From positions 1 to 56,446 of IMG/VR virus record IMGVR_UViG_3300042465_007438: a DNA stretch of 56,446 nt, one strand, 5' to 3'. A model generated the notes under the pieces. That model ran no database searches and had not been told where the DNA came from. It worked only from the letters and a program-made list of their open reading frames with translations. A program made the position numbers and the translations under genes. This stretch comes from a virus (Duplodnaviria > Caudoviricetes). This document shows positions 1-10,650 of the stretch, piece after piece; position 1 is the stretch's first letter; the number at the start of each line of letters is the position of its first letter.

Positions 1-1349
1 TCATTAGCAGCAATCGGATCCAGAGCAGGAACGTGCTTAAACTCAACGATACCAAAGCTCATACGATAGCTGATAAAGTTCGGGCCATCGAAGTACAACA
101 TTTGGTTGTCGTTACCTTTAACGTAGCGATCGTGCTCGAAGGTAAGACCCATTGCCATTACAGTGTCAAGAATTTGACCACGTACCAATTTAAGACCACC
201 CAGACCAGTACCGATAACGATTTTGTTCTGACCATACGGATCGATCTTATCTTTCAAACGACTGGTTACCCAAGCATCGAGTTTACGCAGTTGGAAATTC
301 GGAATGTTGTAGTTATAGGTCGGGCCCATATTAAGCTGGTGGAACAAACCAATCGGAAGACGAACCTGAGTAGCACCTTCTACGTCAAGTACACCACCTG
401 CACCCCACATAGCGTAGTTTTCAACGTCACGTTCTACCATACGCTTAGCAAGCATTTCCACTTCGGGAATCCAAGCTTTCTTTACAATGTCAGCTTTAAC
501 AGCCTCGGCAGCTTGTTTTGCAGACATACCTTTATCCATGTATACACTTACCGGAGACTGGCCCTGACGAGAAATATCATAGGCAGCAGAACCCGGACGC
601 AGTTGATACATTTCAATGATTTTACGGTAGTTCTGAAGGCCGATTACACATTTCTGAGAAATGCGGCTCAGAGCAGCTTCACGAGTTACTGTAAAGTGAG
701 CATTAGCAAAACCCTCACCTACGTAGTTGTAAAACTCACGGTAGCCATTGGAGAAGTTACCTACGTCGTTATACGTTTGACCGTATTCGCCGAGTACAGA
801 ACCAATCTGGAAGAAGATAGTACCTGCTTGCAGAAGTTCTTTCGGAAAGTACTTAGCCTTCTTGTTGGTCGTGTTCAAACGAACCGTGTACAGGAAACCG
901 TCACCATCACGACGAATCTCGTCGGAAGTAACATACAGTTCTACGCCACCAAACTTGTTAGCAGTAATGATAGCGGAGTTACCAAAGGTACGTTTGTTCA
1001 GTTTGATTTTAAACGTAGTACCATCGATACCGGGTTTGTCAACGCCACTTACGTCCTCAATAATATAAGTAGGCTGTTCAGCAATAGGCTGCTGCCACTT
1101 ATAGATGTGACCTTCAGAGTGAAGAAGCCGGTTTTTACCCTGACCAATGAGATCCCACATACCTGGGCGCTCCATATAGCCAGTAGTAATCCAAGGAGTG
1201 ATCATACCCAAGTCAGTAGTATCCAAAGACTTGCTGGACTCCATACGCATCAAGTGCGCAGAATCCAGGTGTGTGGTATAATCATACTCTCGAGTTTGTA
1301 GATAAATACCGTTTTGTAGAGTCAACGGTACTGCTTGAGAAGTAGTCAT
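1..1349 (-). CDS. major capsid protein, crAss-like (3' end outside window)
   Basis: Absent from the ORF track because it runs off the edge. ATG at 1349 gives MTTSQAVPLTLQNGIYLQTREYDYTTHLDSAHL..., resembling crAss-like MCP N-termini. Canonical order terminase-portal-acidic protein-MCP; strong codon bias leaves an antisense shadow ORF. Confidence 0.85.
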   Translation of the reverse strand, partial: MTTSQAVPLTLQNGIYLQTREYDYTTHLDSAHLMRMESSKSLDTTDLGMITPWITTGYMERPGMWDLIGQGKNRLLHSEGHIYKWQQPIAEQPTYIIEDVSGVDKPGIDGTTFKIKLNKRTFGNSAIITANKFGGVELYVTSDEIRRDGDGFLYTVRLNTTNKKAKYFPKELLQAGTIFFQIGSVLGEYGQTYNDVGNFSNGYREFYNYVGEGFANAHFTVTREAALSRISQKCVIGLQNYRKIIEMYQLRPGSAAYDISRQGQSPVSVYMDKGMSAKQAAEAVKADIVKKAWIPEVEMLAKRMVERDVENYAMWGAGGVLDVEGATQVRLPIGLFHQLNMGPTYNYNIPNFQLRKLDAWVTSRLKDKIDPYGQNKIVIGTGLGGLKLVRGQILDTVMAMGLTFEHDRYVKGNDNQMLYFDGPNFISYRMSFGIVEFKHVPALDPIAAN

Positions 1350-1373
1350 AATTTTGTTATTTATTTAAGTTTG

Positions 1374-2525
1374 TTAGATTTTTAGGTTCCATTTGATATT
1401 AGGCTTTTCTTGAGGTTTAGATTCGCCTTTACTTTCTACACCTTTGATTTTTCCGTATTTGTGCTCTTGAATAAACTTCTTTGTTTCTGTAGTCTTAACT
1501 TTGTTAGCGTAAGCTTTTTCAAACTTTTCCGGATCAGTAAGCAAAAGAGTTGCAAGTGCCAGATTTTCCAAAGAGCCTTTTGGATCATACTTGTTATAAA
1601 ACACAATAGCTTCCATTGGACTCATTAAAGCTTTTCGGTTTCCATGCGTAGTTACTTCAATTTCATCAGAAGTAAGTATAGTATGAATTCTGGCGGCTTC
1701 TTCTTTACTAAGTGGAATATCTCCTACTTTTCCTTTTTTAAACACATCAATCAATCGGCTAGAGAAATCTTCTTTTACTTGTGCTTCCATGTTCTTCAAA
1801 TATCGCTGTTGTTCTTCTTTGTACTTTGCAATTTCTTCTGCCGCTTTGTCAAGCTTAGGCTTAATCATTTTAGCTTCTTTTTCCAACAGCCCGGCTTCAC
1901 GAAGATTACTAATTTTTTCTTCCACTTCATCCGGGGTAAATCCTTCTTTTCCACGATACCATTCACGTAAGATCTTTTCTTGTCCGACAGTATCTGTAGC
2001 ACTCAGATCTTTAATCGTATTTTCAGCTAACAAAGTCTGCAGATAATAAGTAAGCTGAGACTTGTCTTTTGAATTCATATCAAACTCCAGAATTCTCCGA
2101 GTAGTATCAGAAATAGTTTCAAAAAACTCTTCAAACTCTTCCTGTACTTTTTTCTCAATGTTGTGCTCCAGCAATTTTACAAAAACTTCTTCATCTGCAT
2201 CTTGATCAGGATCAAATCCTTCGTAAGCTTCAGTGATAATGTTTTTTTCTGCAAGGAAGTTCACAAGTGCTGTTAGTCCTTCCGGTTCTTCATCCTCTGA
2301 TCCTTCAGTCTTTCCTAAAGAGATTTCAGCAGGTTTGTCAGTTGTTTTGGTTTCTGCAGGTTTCGTTTCTTCTGCCGGTTTTTCTTCTGATTTAGATTCC
2401 GGCTTAGAATCTTCTATTGCAGAAGCATCATCAACTGGAGTTCCAATATTAGAAAAATCAAGACTGACCAGACTTGCAAATTCTTTATCGGAAATTTCAG
2501 TTGGGTTTTGAAAATTAATGTCCAT
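1374..2525 (-). CDS. conserved acidic head-module protein (scaffold-like), between portal and MCP
   Basis: 383 aa, acidic low-complexity N-terminus and coiled-coil C-terminus; position typical of crAss-like head modules. Confidence 0.7.
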   Translation of the reverse strand: MDINFQNPTEISDKEFASLVSLDFSNIGTPVDDASAIEDSKPESKSEEKPAEETKPAETKTTDKPAEISLGKTEGSEDEEPEGLTALVNFLAEKNIITEAYEGFDPDQDADEEVFVKLLEHNIEKKVQEEFEEFFETISDTTRRILEFDMNSKDKSQLTYYLQTLLAENTIKDLSATDTVGQEKILREWYRGKEGFTPDEVEEKISNLREAGLLEKEAKMIKPKLDKAAEEIAKYKEEQQRYLKNMEAQVKEDFSSRLIDVFKKGKVGDIPLSKEEAARIHTILTSDEIEVTTHGNRKALMSPMEAIVFYNKYDPKGSLENLALATLLLTDPEKFEKAYANKVKTTETKKFIQEHKYGKIKGVESKGESKPQEKPNIKWNLKI

Positions 2526-2598
2526 ACTAAATTACTATGTTTGGTTAATAAATTACGTATTTTTCTAGCAATAATATAAATTTAAAGACACACCATAA

Positions 2599-5292
2599 TT
2601 ATGGTTTATTTTCTTTAGCTATTTCCAGTGCAATTCGAGACTTTTCTAAGTCAGCTATAATCTTATCTCTTTGTACTTGAAGTTTCTCTCTTTCCAGTTG
2701 AGACTTTTGACTATTACCTTCTTGTTGCATTCTTCGTTTCTCTAAAACTTCTTGAGCTTTAGAAGCTTTTTGTTCTGCAGCTGCGTTCATTTTCATATAA
2801 TACTCCTGCTCTTTGAGTTGTCTGTCTCTCAAGTTAGAAAGTTCTTCTGCTCCTCCTCCTTCTGAGAATTGAGACTGTCCTATCACTTTAATCTCTGCAA
2901 TTCGTACTTCATGTTCACGATCAAGTTCTCGCTGACGTGCTTCTTCTGCAAGCTTAGCATCAAGTTGTTCTTTCTGTTTGTTCAGAAGTTCCATCTGTTG
3001 CTGCTGTTGCATTTGAGCCTGCTGTTCTTGTTGAACAGTTTTATCTACTATGTTTTGTTTTAACTTATCGTAGATCTCAGCTACCGATTTAGAAGATAGG
3101 ATACCAATCTTGTCTAGCGCATCAGATCCCATTGTATTGTCATTTAACGCTAGCTGCTTGATAGTTTCAAGGACAATGTTTTCATCCATTCCTGAGGTCA
3201 CGTAGACCCCTAGATCGTGAATTAAAAGATCAGAAGGAATAGAGAACACAACTCTTTCTGCTTCATCATTGACAAACATTTGTTCTACTTGGTTATTCTT
3301 TAAAGCAAGATAACGAGCAAATTCAAGCATCGTATACCTTGCAAGTTCCATCGTTTGTAAATGTTCGTCATACAGATGCTTTAATTGAGTGATAGATCGG
3401 TTAATTCCCTGTGCTACTCCCATTGCAGTTTCGCTGGGAGAAATATCTCCAAGAAGTTGAGGTGATACACCTACCTGCATAAGACATTCATTCTTGCATA
3501 TCTCTGCAATCTTAGCTTTTTCTATTACTTCTGCTGTAACTGTAAGATCTACAAGTTGACCGTAGCCTCCCGTAGCAGAAAGAGTAGACTGACCTGTATT
3601 TAAAGGAGAAGAATCAATAGGAGCTATTTTTACATCTCGAGCCGTAAGAGCAAACTTAAGCATATTATTAGGCCCCCACTCTTCTCCCATAGTTTCTTTT
3701 GGAATCACATTGTGATTCATAGCATAAAACTTACCTATCTCTCCTTTTAACAGCTGGTCGTTCCTGTTCCACAAATAGTTATAGAATACTTGCCACGGTT
3801 TACATTTATCTACAACAGAAAGAATCTCGTTATATCGATTTGTAGCAGGGCCTCCATGAACTGGAATACTTGAACCGTAACGCTGTCCTCTTTTCGCTAT
3901 TTGAACTGGAAACTTCTCAAGTACTACAAAAATATCATCTGAATTATCCGGGTTAGGATTTACCGACAAGTTAATCTTTACGCATCTCCAGACTTCATTA
4001 ATGTAAAACCACTCTAAGTGCTCACCTTCAATTAAAGTAATTTCATTTTTCTCTTTGATTACTTCTGTGTTATACTTAGGCTTGTAAGAAATCTGATAAG
4101 AATCGTCTACTATTGTGTTATAGGTTTCTCCTTGAGTTCTAATAGTAAGCTTTCCTAACTTTCGTGGTACTTGAAGATACATATTAGTAACTTGTACCAG
4201 ACGCTCCTTATATTCTCCTCCTCTGTAATAAGTGTCTTTATATTTAGAGTCATTTGCCAGCTCTTTAAAAGCAAGGAAATTCTGAGCTGCTTCCAGATCT
4301 CCCGGAGTATCCAGATTGTACCGAGAAGGAGTATCAATGGTTAGCAGGGTTCTATAGTGCGTGTGGAGATTCTGAAGCTTCTCTATGTCTTGTTCAGTAA
4401 GTTTTGTACCAAATCTGGAAATAATATTTAGAGGAGATTCATATTCAAACCACGTAAACATTACAGCCTCACTAATATCATCGGTATAAGGAGATCTCAA
4501 ATAAGCGCAGTACCGAGGGTCAAGAACTTCAGGTTTATAGTCTGCATCATACAAGTTAATGTGAATAAAAGGAAGATCTGTTACAATTTTGTTTCTTAAC
4601 AGTTCCTTTTCGACATTTTTCATCTTGAATCGTTTCTCATCTAATTCAAGTTGATTATTTGCCCACTGCTCTACTGCTAGTCTGTAAGTCTTTTGGTAGT
4701 ATTTTTGAACTTGAGGGAGTTTTTCAAATAACTCCATTTGTTGTTGATAGACATCCGGTTGTTCTGGAGTAATACCTTGCTGAGAAAGACTTTGTTCATA
4801 CTGAAGCCTAATGGGCTGAAGCAGCATTTCTCTAATAGTGTTGTTCTTCTCCTCAATAATCTGATTAATAGCCTCTCTGTTCACCGCGAGGGCTGAAAAC
4901 TTAATGTACTGTTTAGATCTTTCTCCTACCAGTGTGTTAACAATGTTAGGAATAATAGGGTAAAACTTTAACTCATAATCAAGCTTTTCCCCTCCTAGCA
5001 TAGACAGTTCTACTTCATATTCAGACTCATCGGGAATGTAATCGGAAGAATCAATAATACCTGCTGCTAAGTTGAACTTCTTAGTTATTACGTCTCTTTG
5101 CTTATTGATCTGTTGACGAGCAATCCATTCATAATAGTAAACAAGTTCTTTTATACGTTTAAAATCGTCTTCCCGCTTCATTTCTTCGGAAAGAACAAAC
5201 GATATATCCAACCCGTCCTGAGAAATTCTAGTTCCAGGAATTACTTTTTTAGGTAACCCAGGTTGTACACCTAATTGTGGGGTCTTTGCCAT
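2599..5292 (-). CDS. portal protein
   Basis: 897 aa, FYPIIPNIVNTLVGE motif, Q/E-rich coiled-coil C-terminus, directly downstream of terminase. Confidence 0.88.
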   Translation of the reverse strand: MAKTPQLGVQPGLPKKVIPGTRISQDGLDISFVLSEEMKREDDFKRIKELVYYYEWIARQQINKQRDVITKKFNLAAGIIDSSDYIPDESEYEVELSMLGGEKLDYELKFYPIIPNIVNTLVGERSKQYIKFSALAVNREAINQIIEEKNNTIREMLLQPIRLQYEQSLSQQGITPEQPDVYQQQMELFEKLPQVQKYYQKTYRLAVEQWANNQLELDEKRFKMKNVEKELLRNKIVTDLPFIHINLYDADYKPEVLDPRYCAYLRSPYTDDISEAVMFTWFEYESPLNIISRFGTKLTEQDIEKLQNLHTHYRTLLTIDTPSRYNLDTPGDLEAAQNFLAFKELANDSKYKDTYYRGGEYKERLVQVTNMYLQVPRKLGKLTIRTQGETYNTIVDDSYQISYKPKYNTEVIKEKNEITLIEGEHLEWFYINEVWRCVKINLSVNPNPDNSDDIFVVLEKFPVQIAKRGQRYGSSIPVHGGPATNRYNEILSVVDKCKPWQVFYNYLWNRNDQLLKGEIGKFYAMNHNVIPKETMGEEWGPNNMLKFALTARDVKIAPIDSSPLNTGQSTLSATGGYGQLVDLTVTAEVIEKAKIAEICKNECLMQVGVSPQLLGDISPSETAMGVAQGINRSITQLKHLYDEHLQTMELARYTMLEFARYLALKNNQVEQMFVNDEAERVVFSIPSDLLIHDLGVYVTSGMDENIVLETIKQLALNDNTMGSDALDKIGILSSKSVAEIYDKLKQNIVDKTVQQEQQAQMQQQQQMELLNKQKEQLDAKLAEEARQRELDREHEVRIAEIKVIGQSQFSEGGGAEELSNLRDRQLKEQEYYMKMNAAAEQKASKAQEVLEKRRMQQEGNSQKSQLEREKLQVQRDKIIADLEKSRIALEIAKENKP

Positions 5293-5324
5293 ATTAATAA
5301 ATTAAGTGCGTAATATAATAAAAT

Positions 5325-7478
5325 TTATTTATTCTTTGTGAATGGAGAACCTAATTTTTTTTGTTGCATCATAGGTCTGGAACTAAACTGGCTGGGTAGT
5401 TTTACTAACCGACTGGGTTTGTTTGGTTCTTCGTACCCGTGCCTGACTGACTGTACCATATGTTTATTATGATAACTTTCTGCTGCTAACAGAGCTAGCA
5501 TAAAAGACACCAATGAGTCTGTGTTAAGTTTAGGAGTCCATCTTAGCATCTCTTGTAAAAGTCGTCTGTCTTTTATTCGAGAAACACCGTAAATAGTTTT
5601 TGATTCTCCTGTCTCTAGGTCAAACTCATCTGCAATAGGTTCTTCGCAATATAACACTGTTTTTTCCAATGCTCTTTTTTTAAACTCACCTTCCATCCTT
5701 ACTCCAATTTCATCTCTGATTGTAGAGTTAGGCATCATTTCAGTTACTGCAGTTAGTTCTCTTCTTCTAAATAAAAGTCTGGATTTACCTTTTCGTATAA
5801 CCCATTCTATAAAATCTTTAACGTTAGATTCCACTGCTACTCTGGCATTATAAAACTCTATTAAGTCTAAACATACCTGATAAGTCTCAGTTGCTTTTTT
5901 ATGTCGTCCTACATAAGAAGCTACAGGGTAGCCTTGAAGGACTTGTCCGTTTCTTTCATGAGTACACATATATATCGTGATGGCCATAAGCGACTTTGAA
6001 GTCTCTGTATCTAAGTTATAAATAGGGTCAACTCCTGCTACGTAAAGCCCAAAGGGAGGCGCATCTACAGGGAACTCGTAAATAATTACAGCTCCTCTGT
6101 TATCTTTCTTAGGATCAGGTTTAATTGAGTAAACAGGAGGATCGGTAGAGAATTTATGATACACCTTTCCTTTTGAATCCCTGTGTAATTCTACTACAAT
6201 GTCTTTATCTTTTAGGAGTTTTAGTTGCTGCTCCTTAAGTAGCTGGGTAGGAAAGATGTTATTCTCCCTTTGATCAAAAGCATCTTGTACTGTTCTGGGA
6301 TGTTGAGACTTCCACAACTTGTAAGAAGACTCATCTTTTTCTTTTTGTCTTTCTTCTTCTAAAGCAAGAAAGTCCAACGCCTGTTGAATGTTAGAATTAC
6401 CGTTTATGTCATAGCATTTAACTACCTGCCCTGAGTGCTCATCTTTATAAATGTAGTTCCACTCATCAGGAAAAAAGAATCCTATATCATCTCCAGAGCC
6501 TGAGAACACATCTTTTACTGATTTAATAGAATAAGCTTTAGGATTAAGAATGAACTCCTGAAGATCTTCTGCATCTTTAAGTTCCCCTACTGCTCCAGCC
6601 GCTACAAACATCCCTGTCTTTACACCGCCCAGTTTAATGTTCGGGTCGACATACCCTTTTACCTTTTTAAGATTTTGGTAAATACCCGCTTCTGTAGCGT
6701 ATATTTCTAACGCCGCACCTCCTACCGCCTTGGAAAAGTTCTTTTTAGTAGTAGCTCCTTTGATTCTACTTTTGTTACCTTTGGTTACTTTCTTCTTATC
6801 TAAAGATCCTATTGTCACCTCGATCTTTTGTTCCCAGTTTAATGTTTCATCAGGAGAAAAAGGTCTGTACCAGCCTGTATGTTCATTTAAATGATCTCGG
6901 TAATTCTGAAGAATACCCCATTCTCCTAAGACATACTCTTCTTCAAAGCCTACTATTTTAAGAGTTGCTCTTGTCCCAAACCACACTCTTCTTAACAGTC
7001 GAGCTACGTGATATAGACTTATACCTTTTTGGCGAGCTTTTACGCACGCTCCATCTATATCTTCTAACCAAGCTAATTGATAGTATAAATCGTAATGATA
7101 GTGACCATCCCAAATCTCAGGGAAGTCAGTGTTCATTTTAACTTTGTCAAAAATAGGAGTGTAGTTCCAAAACCAATAAAGATCCGGACTTATCCAGTAG
7201 TCATCTATAATAATTCCCTGAGTACACTTTCGCCTTTCGATCAACCAAAACTCTTTGTACTCCTTAGACTTAGGATGATAGTCAGTATACCTTTTATCTT
7301 TTTGAAACTTTTTAGCAGCCTGAATCCAATGTTCCGTATTTTTAAAATTGTACTTTCCTGGAAACTTAAAGCACGACTTTACAAAATTGTACCAATCAGG
7401 ATAAGTATCAAATGTCCTTTTAGACCACTCTTTAGTGCTGGTATTAAACGATAAAATAGTAAAAGGTTGAAATATCAT
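5325..7478 (-). CDS. terL: terminase large subunit
   Basis: KARQKGIS Walker A-like motif, YATEAG Walker B, YVAGVDP and VAVESN nuclease motifs. Confidence 0.92.
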   Translation of the reverse strand: MIFQPFTILSFNTSTKEWSKRTFDTYPDWYNFVKSCFKFPGKYNFKNTEHWIQAAKKFQKDKRYTDYHPKSKEYKEFWLIERRKCTQGIIIDDYWISPDLYWFWNYTPIFDKVKMNTDFPEIWDGHYHYDLYYQLAWLEDIDGACVKARQKGISLYHVARLLRRVWFGTRATLKIVGFEEEYVLGEWGILQNYRDHLNEHTGWYRPFSPDETLNWEQKIEVTIGSLDKKKVTKGNKSRIKGATTKKNFSKAVGGAALEIYATEAGIYQNLKKVKGYVDPNIKLGGVKTGMFVAAGAVGELKDAEDLQEFILNPKAYSIKSVKDVFSGSGDDIGFFFPDEWNYIYKDEHSGQVVKCYDINGNSNIQQALDFLALEEERQKEKDESSYKLWKSQHPRTVQDAFDQRENNIFPTQLLKEQQLKLLKDKDIVVELHRDSKGKVYHKFSTDPPVYSIKPDPKKDNRGAVIIYEFPVDAPPFGLYVAGVDPIYNLDTETSKSLMAITIYMCTHERNGQVLQGYPVASYVGRHKKATETYQVCLDLIEFYNARVAVESNVKDFIEWVIRKGKSRLLFRRRELTAVTEMMPNSTIRDEIGVRMEGEFKKRALEKTVLYCEEPIADEFDLETGESKTIYGVSRIKDRRLLQEMLRWTPKLNTDSLVSFMLALLAAESYHNKHMVQSVRHGYEEPNKPSRLVKLPSQFSSRPMMQQKKLGSPFTKNK

Positions 7479-8008
7479 ACTTCGTCGTAATAGTTATCGT
7501 CAGCATCTTCATCAACTGCTGAACGTACACCTGCACGGTTTCTTTGTACTTCTTGTTTATAAGCGGTTTCTGCTTCTTGGTAAGCTTTGATAATCGAAGT
7601 AAGAGACTTTAAAGCATTTACTACTTGTGTGAAATTGCCGTCTCTTCCGTCTGTAATCGACGCATTATTTAAATAGTCAGATACATTCTCTACTGCTGAT
7701 TTAGCGCCGTCTAAAAGCCTCCTGATAGGCGAATAATAAAGTTCTTCGCACCTTTTAATAGCATTAATCATTACTATGTCAGTAGGATGATAAGCCACCG
7801 GAGGAAAGTCCTTTAATACTTGAGATTCTCTTTCAAGTTGAGAGTAATTTAAATAAGGAGATTCAGGATCCCACATTGCCCATAAATATTGAAAAGGGGA
7901 TACGTCTCTAGACGTATCCCACAGTTCTTTAAATTCAGGAATGCTTAATATAGATTCGTCAATCACAACCTTATCATCAAATACCGTAATTATTTTTGGT
8001 AAACTCAT
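7475..8008 (-). CDS. conserved protein upstream of terL (possible terminase small subunit)
   Basis: 177 aa, ATGA overlap with terL, TDGRDGNF motif; function inferred from position only. Confidence 0.5.
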   Translation of the reverse strand: MSLPKIITVFDDKVVIDESILSIPEFKELWDTSRDVSPFQYLWAMWDPESPYLNYSQLERESQVLKDFPPVAYHPTDIVMINAIKRCEELYYSPIRRLLDGAKSAVENVSDYLNNASITDGRDGNFTQVVNALKSLTSIIKAYQEAETAYKQEVQRNRAGVRSAVDEDADDNYYDEV

Positions 8009-8405
8009 AGAATTGTAATACCAAGTGTTTTAAGAATATTAAACCATTCGTCTTGCTCTACTTTAATGTTAATAGTCTCTGCCTGTCCTGATGAAACACT
8101 GACAATAGAAGCAGATACAATATTTACATCATGCGAATTATCTTTCTCAAACACCCAATCTCGAATTACTGTGTCAGTCATGTTCATATAGACTTTCATG
8201 TAACTGGTATTTTCTCCCGGATGTTTTGGTTCAGTAGGCTTTGGTTCTCCTCGTAGAAGATTTATGTCTTGAGAATCCTCCCACATTTTCAAATCATCCT
8301 GATATTCTTCCAGATCTTGCTGGTATTTTTGAATTTCTTCTGCAGTAATTTTTGCAGTCAATATTTCTAACTCCATGAAAACATCCTCGCATACTTTTTT
8401 ACTCA
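8005..8405 (-). CDS. hypothetical protein
   Basis: ORF-track frame 8005..8475; the internal start MSKKV near the nuclease stop is more plausible (start approximate). Confidence 0.55.
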
Positions 8406-10129
8406 TTATTTTGTTTTTTAAACCAGTTAAGAATAGTATGAGCTTCCTTCTTTTTGTACTCGATAGGATACTCAATTACATTGACACACTCATTGTTCTC
8501 ATTTAGTATTGCGTGGTATATTTTAAGTTCCTTACAAGTAAATCCAAACTGCTCAAGCATATAAGCATACAAAGAAAGCTGAAGAGTGTAGTGCATTCCC
8601 GAGCAGTCTTCTAAATGCTGAACTGGAGAATTCATCATTACAGGCTTTCTCTCTTTAGAGATCTTGTCAAATCGCTTAAAAGACTCAAATTTAAGCTCTT
8701 GGTTTGTATTATGAGTAGGTAGATAATTTCTAGTAACTAAATAAGTATGCAGCGGGCTTTCTACAGCTATACAAATTGTAGGAATCGTATCTACTTTGTC
8801 AATTGACTTTATATACCTATGTTTTGACTTATAGAAACTAACATCAACCATTAGGGAATCATAGTCCTCATTCCTAGTTAAAAAGGGGGATTCTTTCATT
8901 GTAAAGGAAATACTAAAAGCTTCTATATTACTTTTACCAAATCCGGACGTTTTATATGGCATAACTGTAGGTTTTTCTCCCAAGCTAAACAAGATACTAC
9001 ACAACGCTTCTACCTGCCATTTTTTTGTAGTGTTCATAACACATCTTTTTCTAGTACGATTAAACGAACCATCTGTGTCCATAAATCCTCTCAGTAAATC
9101 CAGTCTCTGTTGTCTAGAACCCTTCAAGTACATATCCGGAAGATGTTTATTGTTTAATACACCCATCTCCTTTAGTTTGGTACGAAGCCCTATAATGGTT
9201 TTTATTTGAGCTTTACCACTTCCTCCTTGGGAAATATCGTTTCCTAATATGTAACCTCTAATTTCAATTTCTTTCCATAATTTACTATTCATGTTTGTAA
9301 TAGAGCCTGATGCTGCTGCCCCATCTCCTAACCAGCATCCGAATACATACGGATCTATTGGGAGATCCGCTTCAGGTAAATTAAGTGCTGCATTTTTGAT
9401 TGTCAACTTTTTTCCTTTACAGTCATAGTGTTCCATTATTTCTTTAGTTGTCATCACTTTCTCCACAGGTACCTTTTTATAGGTATAACTTGTAATCAAC
9501 CATTTGTGGTCTTCATCGCAAACTACTTCTTCATTTGTATCAAATTTGATTTTATAGCAAGGGTTATAATGTACATCAGATTTTGCTTTGACTTTTGTCA
9601 AACATCCTTGCCCATCAAATATTTCATCTCCTACTACTAAATCTTTGATAAGTTTAAATCCTACCTTAGTAGGTACTTCAGTATCTAAGGGGAATCCTTT
9701 GTAATCTCCTAAAAAGAAAGTCTTATCTTCATAAATCTCTACGATGTCTGCAGTTCCTACCGCATTATGAAGTAAGGAATATACGATTAGTTCAGGATAA
9801 ACACCCGGAGTAAGAGACTTGAGATCAAATGATTGTTTAAGTCCATTCTCTCTTACAATAGCAGGAACAGCTCCTTTTTTAGCCAAAGCTTCTTTTTCTT
9901 TTTCAAGGTGAAAAGCAGTCCCGCGCTCCTGACTTTTAATCTTCTTATCTTCCCACTCTTTTAAGATCTCTTCTTTGGTTATTCCTCTTTCTTTAGCTTT
10001 CTTTTCCGCCCAATAGTCAGCATCGAATTTCTCTTTAAGTAAAGAGATAATCGTACTTACTGAAGTAAGCTTCATATCAGGAGCAGATTCTACTGTGTAC
10101 TTGTGTACCTCTTCGTTAAATAAGATCAT
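8399..10129 (-). CDS. PD-(D/E)xK nuclease interrupted by an intein (~246 aa after splicing)
   Basis: SVSTII, RGTAFH, GTADIV..GDYK|T..YTLQLSLYAYML motifs; start 10129 makes an ATGA overlap with the upstream gene. Confidence 0.85.
   Translation of the reverse strand: MILFNEEVHKYTVESAPDMKLTSVSTIISLLKEKFDADYWAEKKAKERGITKEEILKEWEDKKIKSQERGTAFHLEKEKEALAKKGAVPAIVRENGLKQSFDLKSLTPGVYPELIVYSLLHNAVGTADIVEIYEDKTFFLGDYKGFPLDTEVPTKVGFKLIKDLVVGDEIFDGQGCLTKVKAKSDVHYNPCYKIKFDTNEEVVCDEDHKWLITSYTYKKVPVEKVMTTKEIMEHYDCKGKKLTIKNAALNLPEADLPIDPYVFGCWLGDGAAASGSITNMNSKLWKEIEIRGYILGNDISQGGSGKAQIKTIIGLRTKLKEMGVLNNKHLPDMYLKGSRQQRLDLLRGFMDTDGSFNRTRKRCVMNTTKKWQVEALCSILFSLGEKPTVMPYKTSGFGKSNIEAFSISFTMKESPFLTRNEDYDSLMVDVSFYKSKHRYIKSIDKVDTIPTICIAVESPLHTYLVTRNYLPTHNTNQELKFESFKRFDKISKERKPVMMNSPVQHLEDCSGMHYTLQLSLYAYMLEQFGFTCKELKIYHAILNENNECVNVIEYPIEYKKKEAHTILNWFKKQNNE
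8708..9697 (-). mobile_element. class 3-type intein (330 aa) with LAGLIDADG homing endonuclease
   Basis: Starts GFPLDTEVPT, block B DEDHKW, LAGLIDADG blocks FGCWLGDG and LRGFMDTDG, block F TICIAV, ends PTHN|T; removal restores DYK-T. Confidence 0.88.
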
Positions 10130-10335
10130 AGAGTCAAAGCTTTTACTGCAAACATACAAGCTACTTCAAGATTATACTTTGCATCTTCAACCCATCGAGT
10201 TGAGTCATCGTGTTTATTATGTGTGGAAATTGCGTTTACCTGATCGTAAAGATCAGCAAACATTTGCTTGATTTTGGTAACCTCTTCATTGGGAGAGAAA
10301 TCTACCCGCATTGCTTTTTGTCCTAAAGTCTGCAT
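10126..10335 (-). CDS. Acb2/Tad1-like helical hairpin protein (putative signal-nucleotide sponge)
   Basis: 69 aa; TLGQKAMRVDFSP...IKQMFADLYD...RWVEDAKYNLEVACMFAVKAL matches the family pattern ending in E-x-A-x-M-W/F-A-V-K-A. Confidence 0.6.
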   Translation of the reverse strand: MQTLGQKAMRVDFSPNEEVTKIKQMFADLYDQVNAISTHNKHDDSTRWVEDAKYNLEVACMFAVKALTL

Positions 10336-10346
10336 ATTATTTTAGT

Positions 10347-10646
10347 TTAAATTATTTTACCAGAAAGTCTAAGCTCTTCTTTTTGCCCATTATCAAAATC
10401 TACCGTCAAAGATACAGAAAAAAGTCCTGATTTACCTACCTTATTTATATAGGTAGTAATTTCAAAGTCTGATTGTGCCGGTACTTCTTCTAGACGTTCA
10501 AAAGAAAAACAGCCACATGATACTCCCATTTGAGTTACTTTGATTGGTTTGTCGGAAGAATTAAATCCTTTCCATTTGTGTGTTTCTACATGTTCAGAAG
10601 AAACTTGTACGTGCTGATTGATTTTTTCAAATGCTATAGGTTTCAT
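10347..10646 (-). CDS. DUF1573-like Ig-fold protein
   Basis: 99 aa beta-rich with N.SDKPIKV...SCGC motif. Confidence 0.6.
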   Translation of the reverse strand: MKPIAFEKINQHVQVSSEHVETHKWKGFNSSDKPIKVTQMGVSCGCFSFERLEEVPAQSDFEITTYINKVGKSGLFSVSLTVDFDNGQKEELRLSGKII

Positions 10647-10650
10647 AATT

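Noticed and set aside
33-1301. 422-aa plus-strand ORF
   Set aside because: Antisense shadow of the codon-biased major capsid gene; no recognisable motifs.
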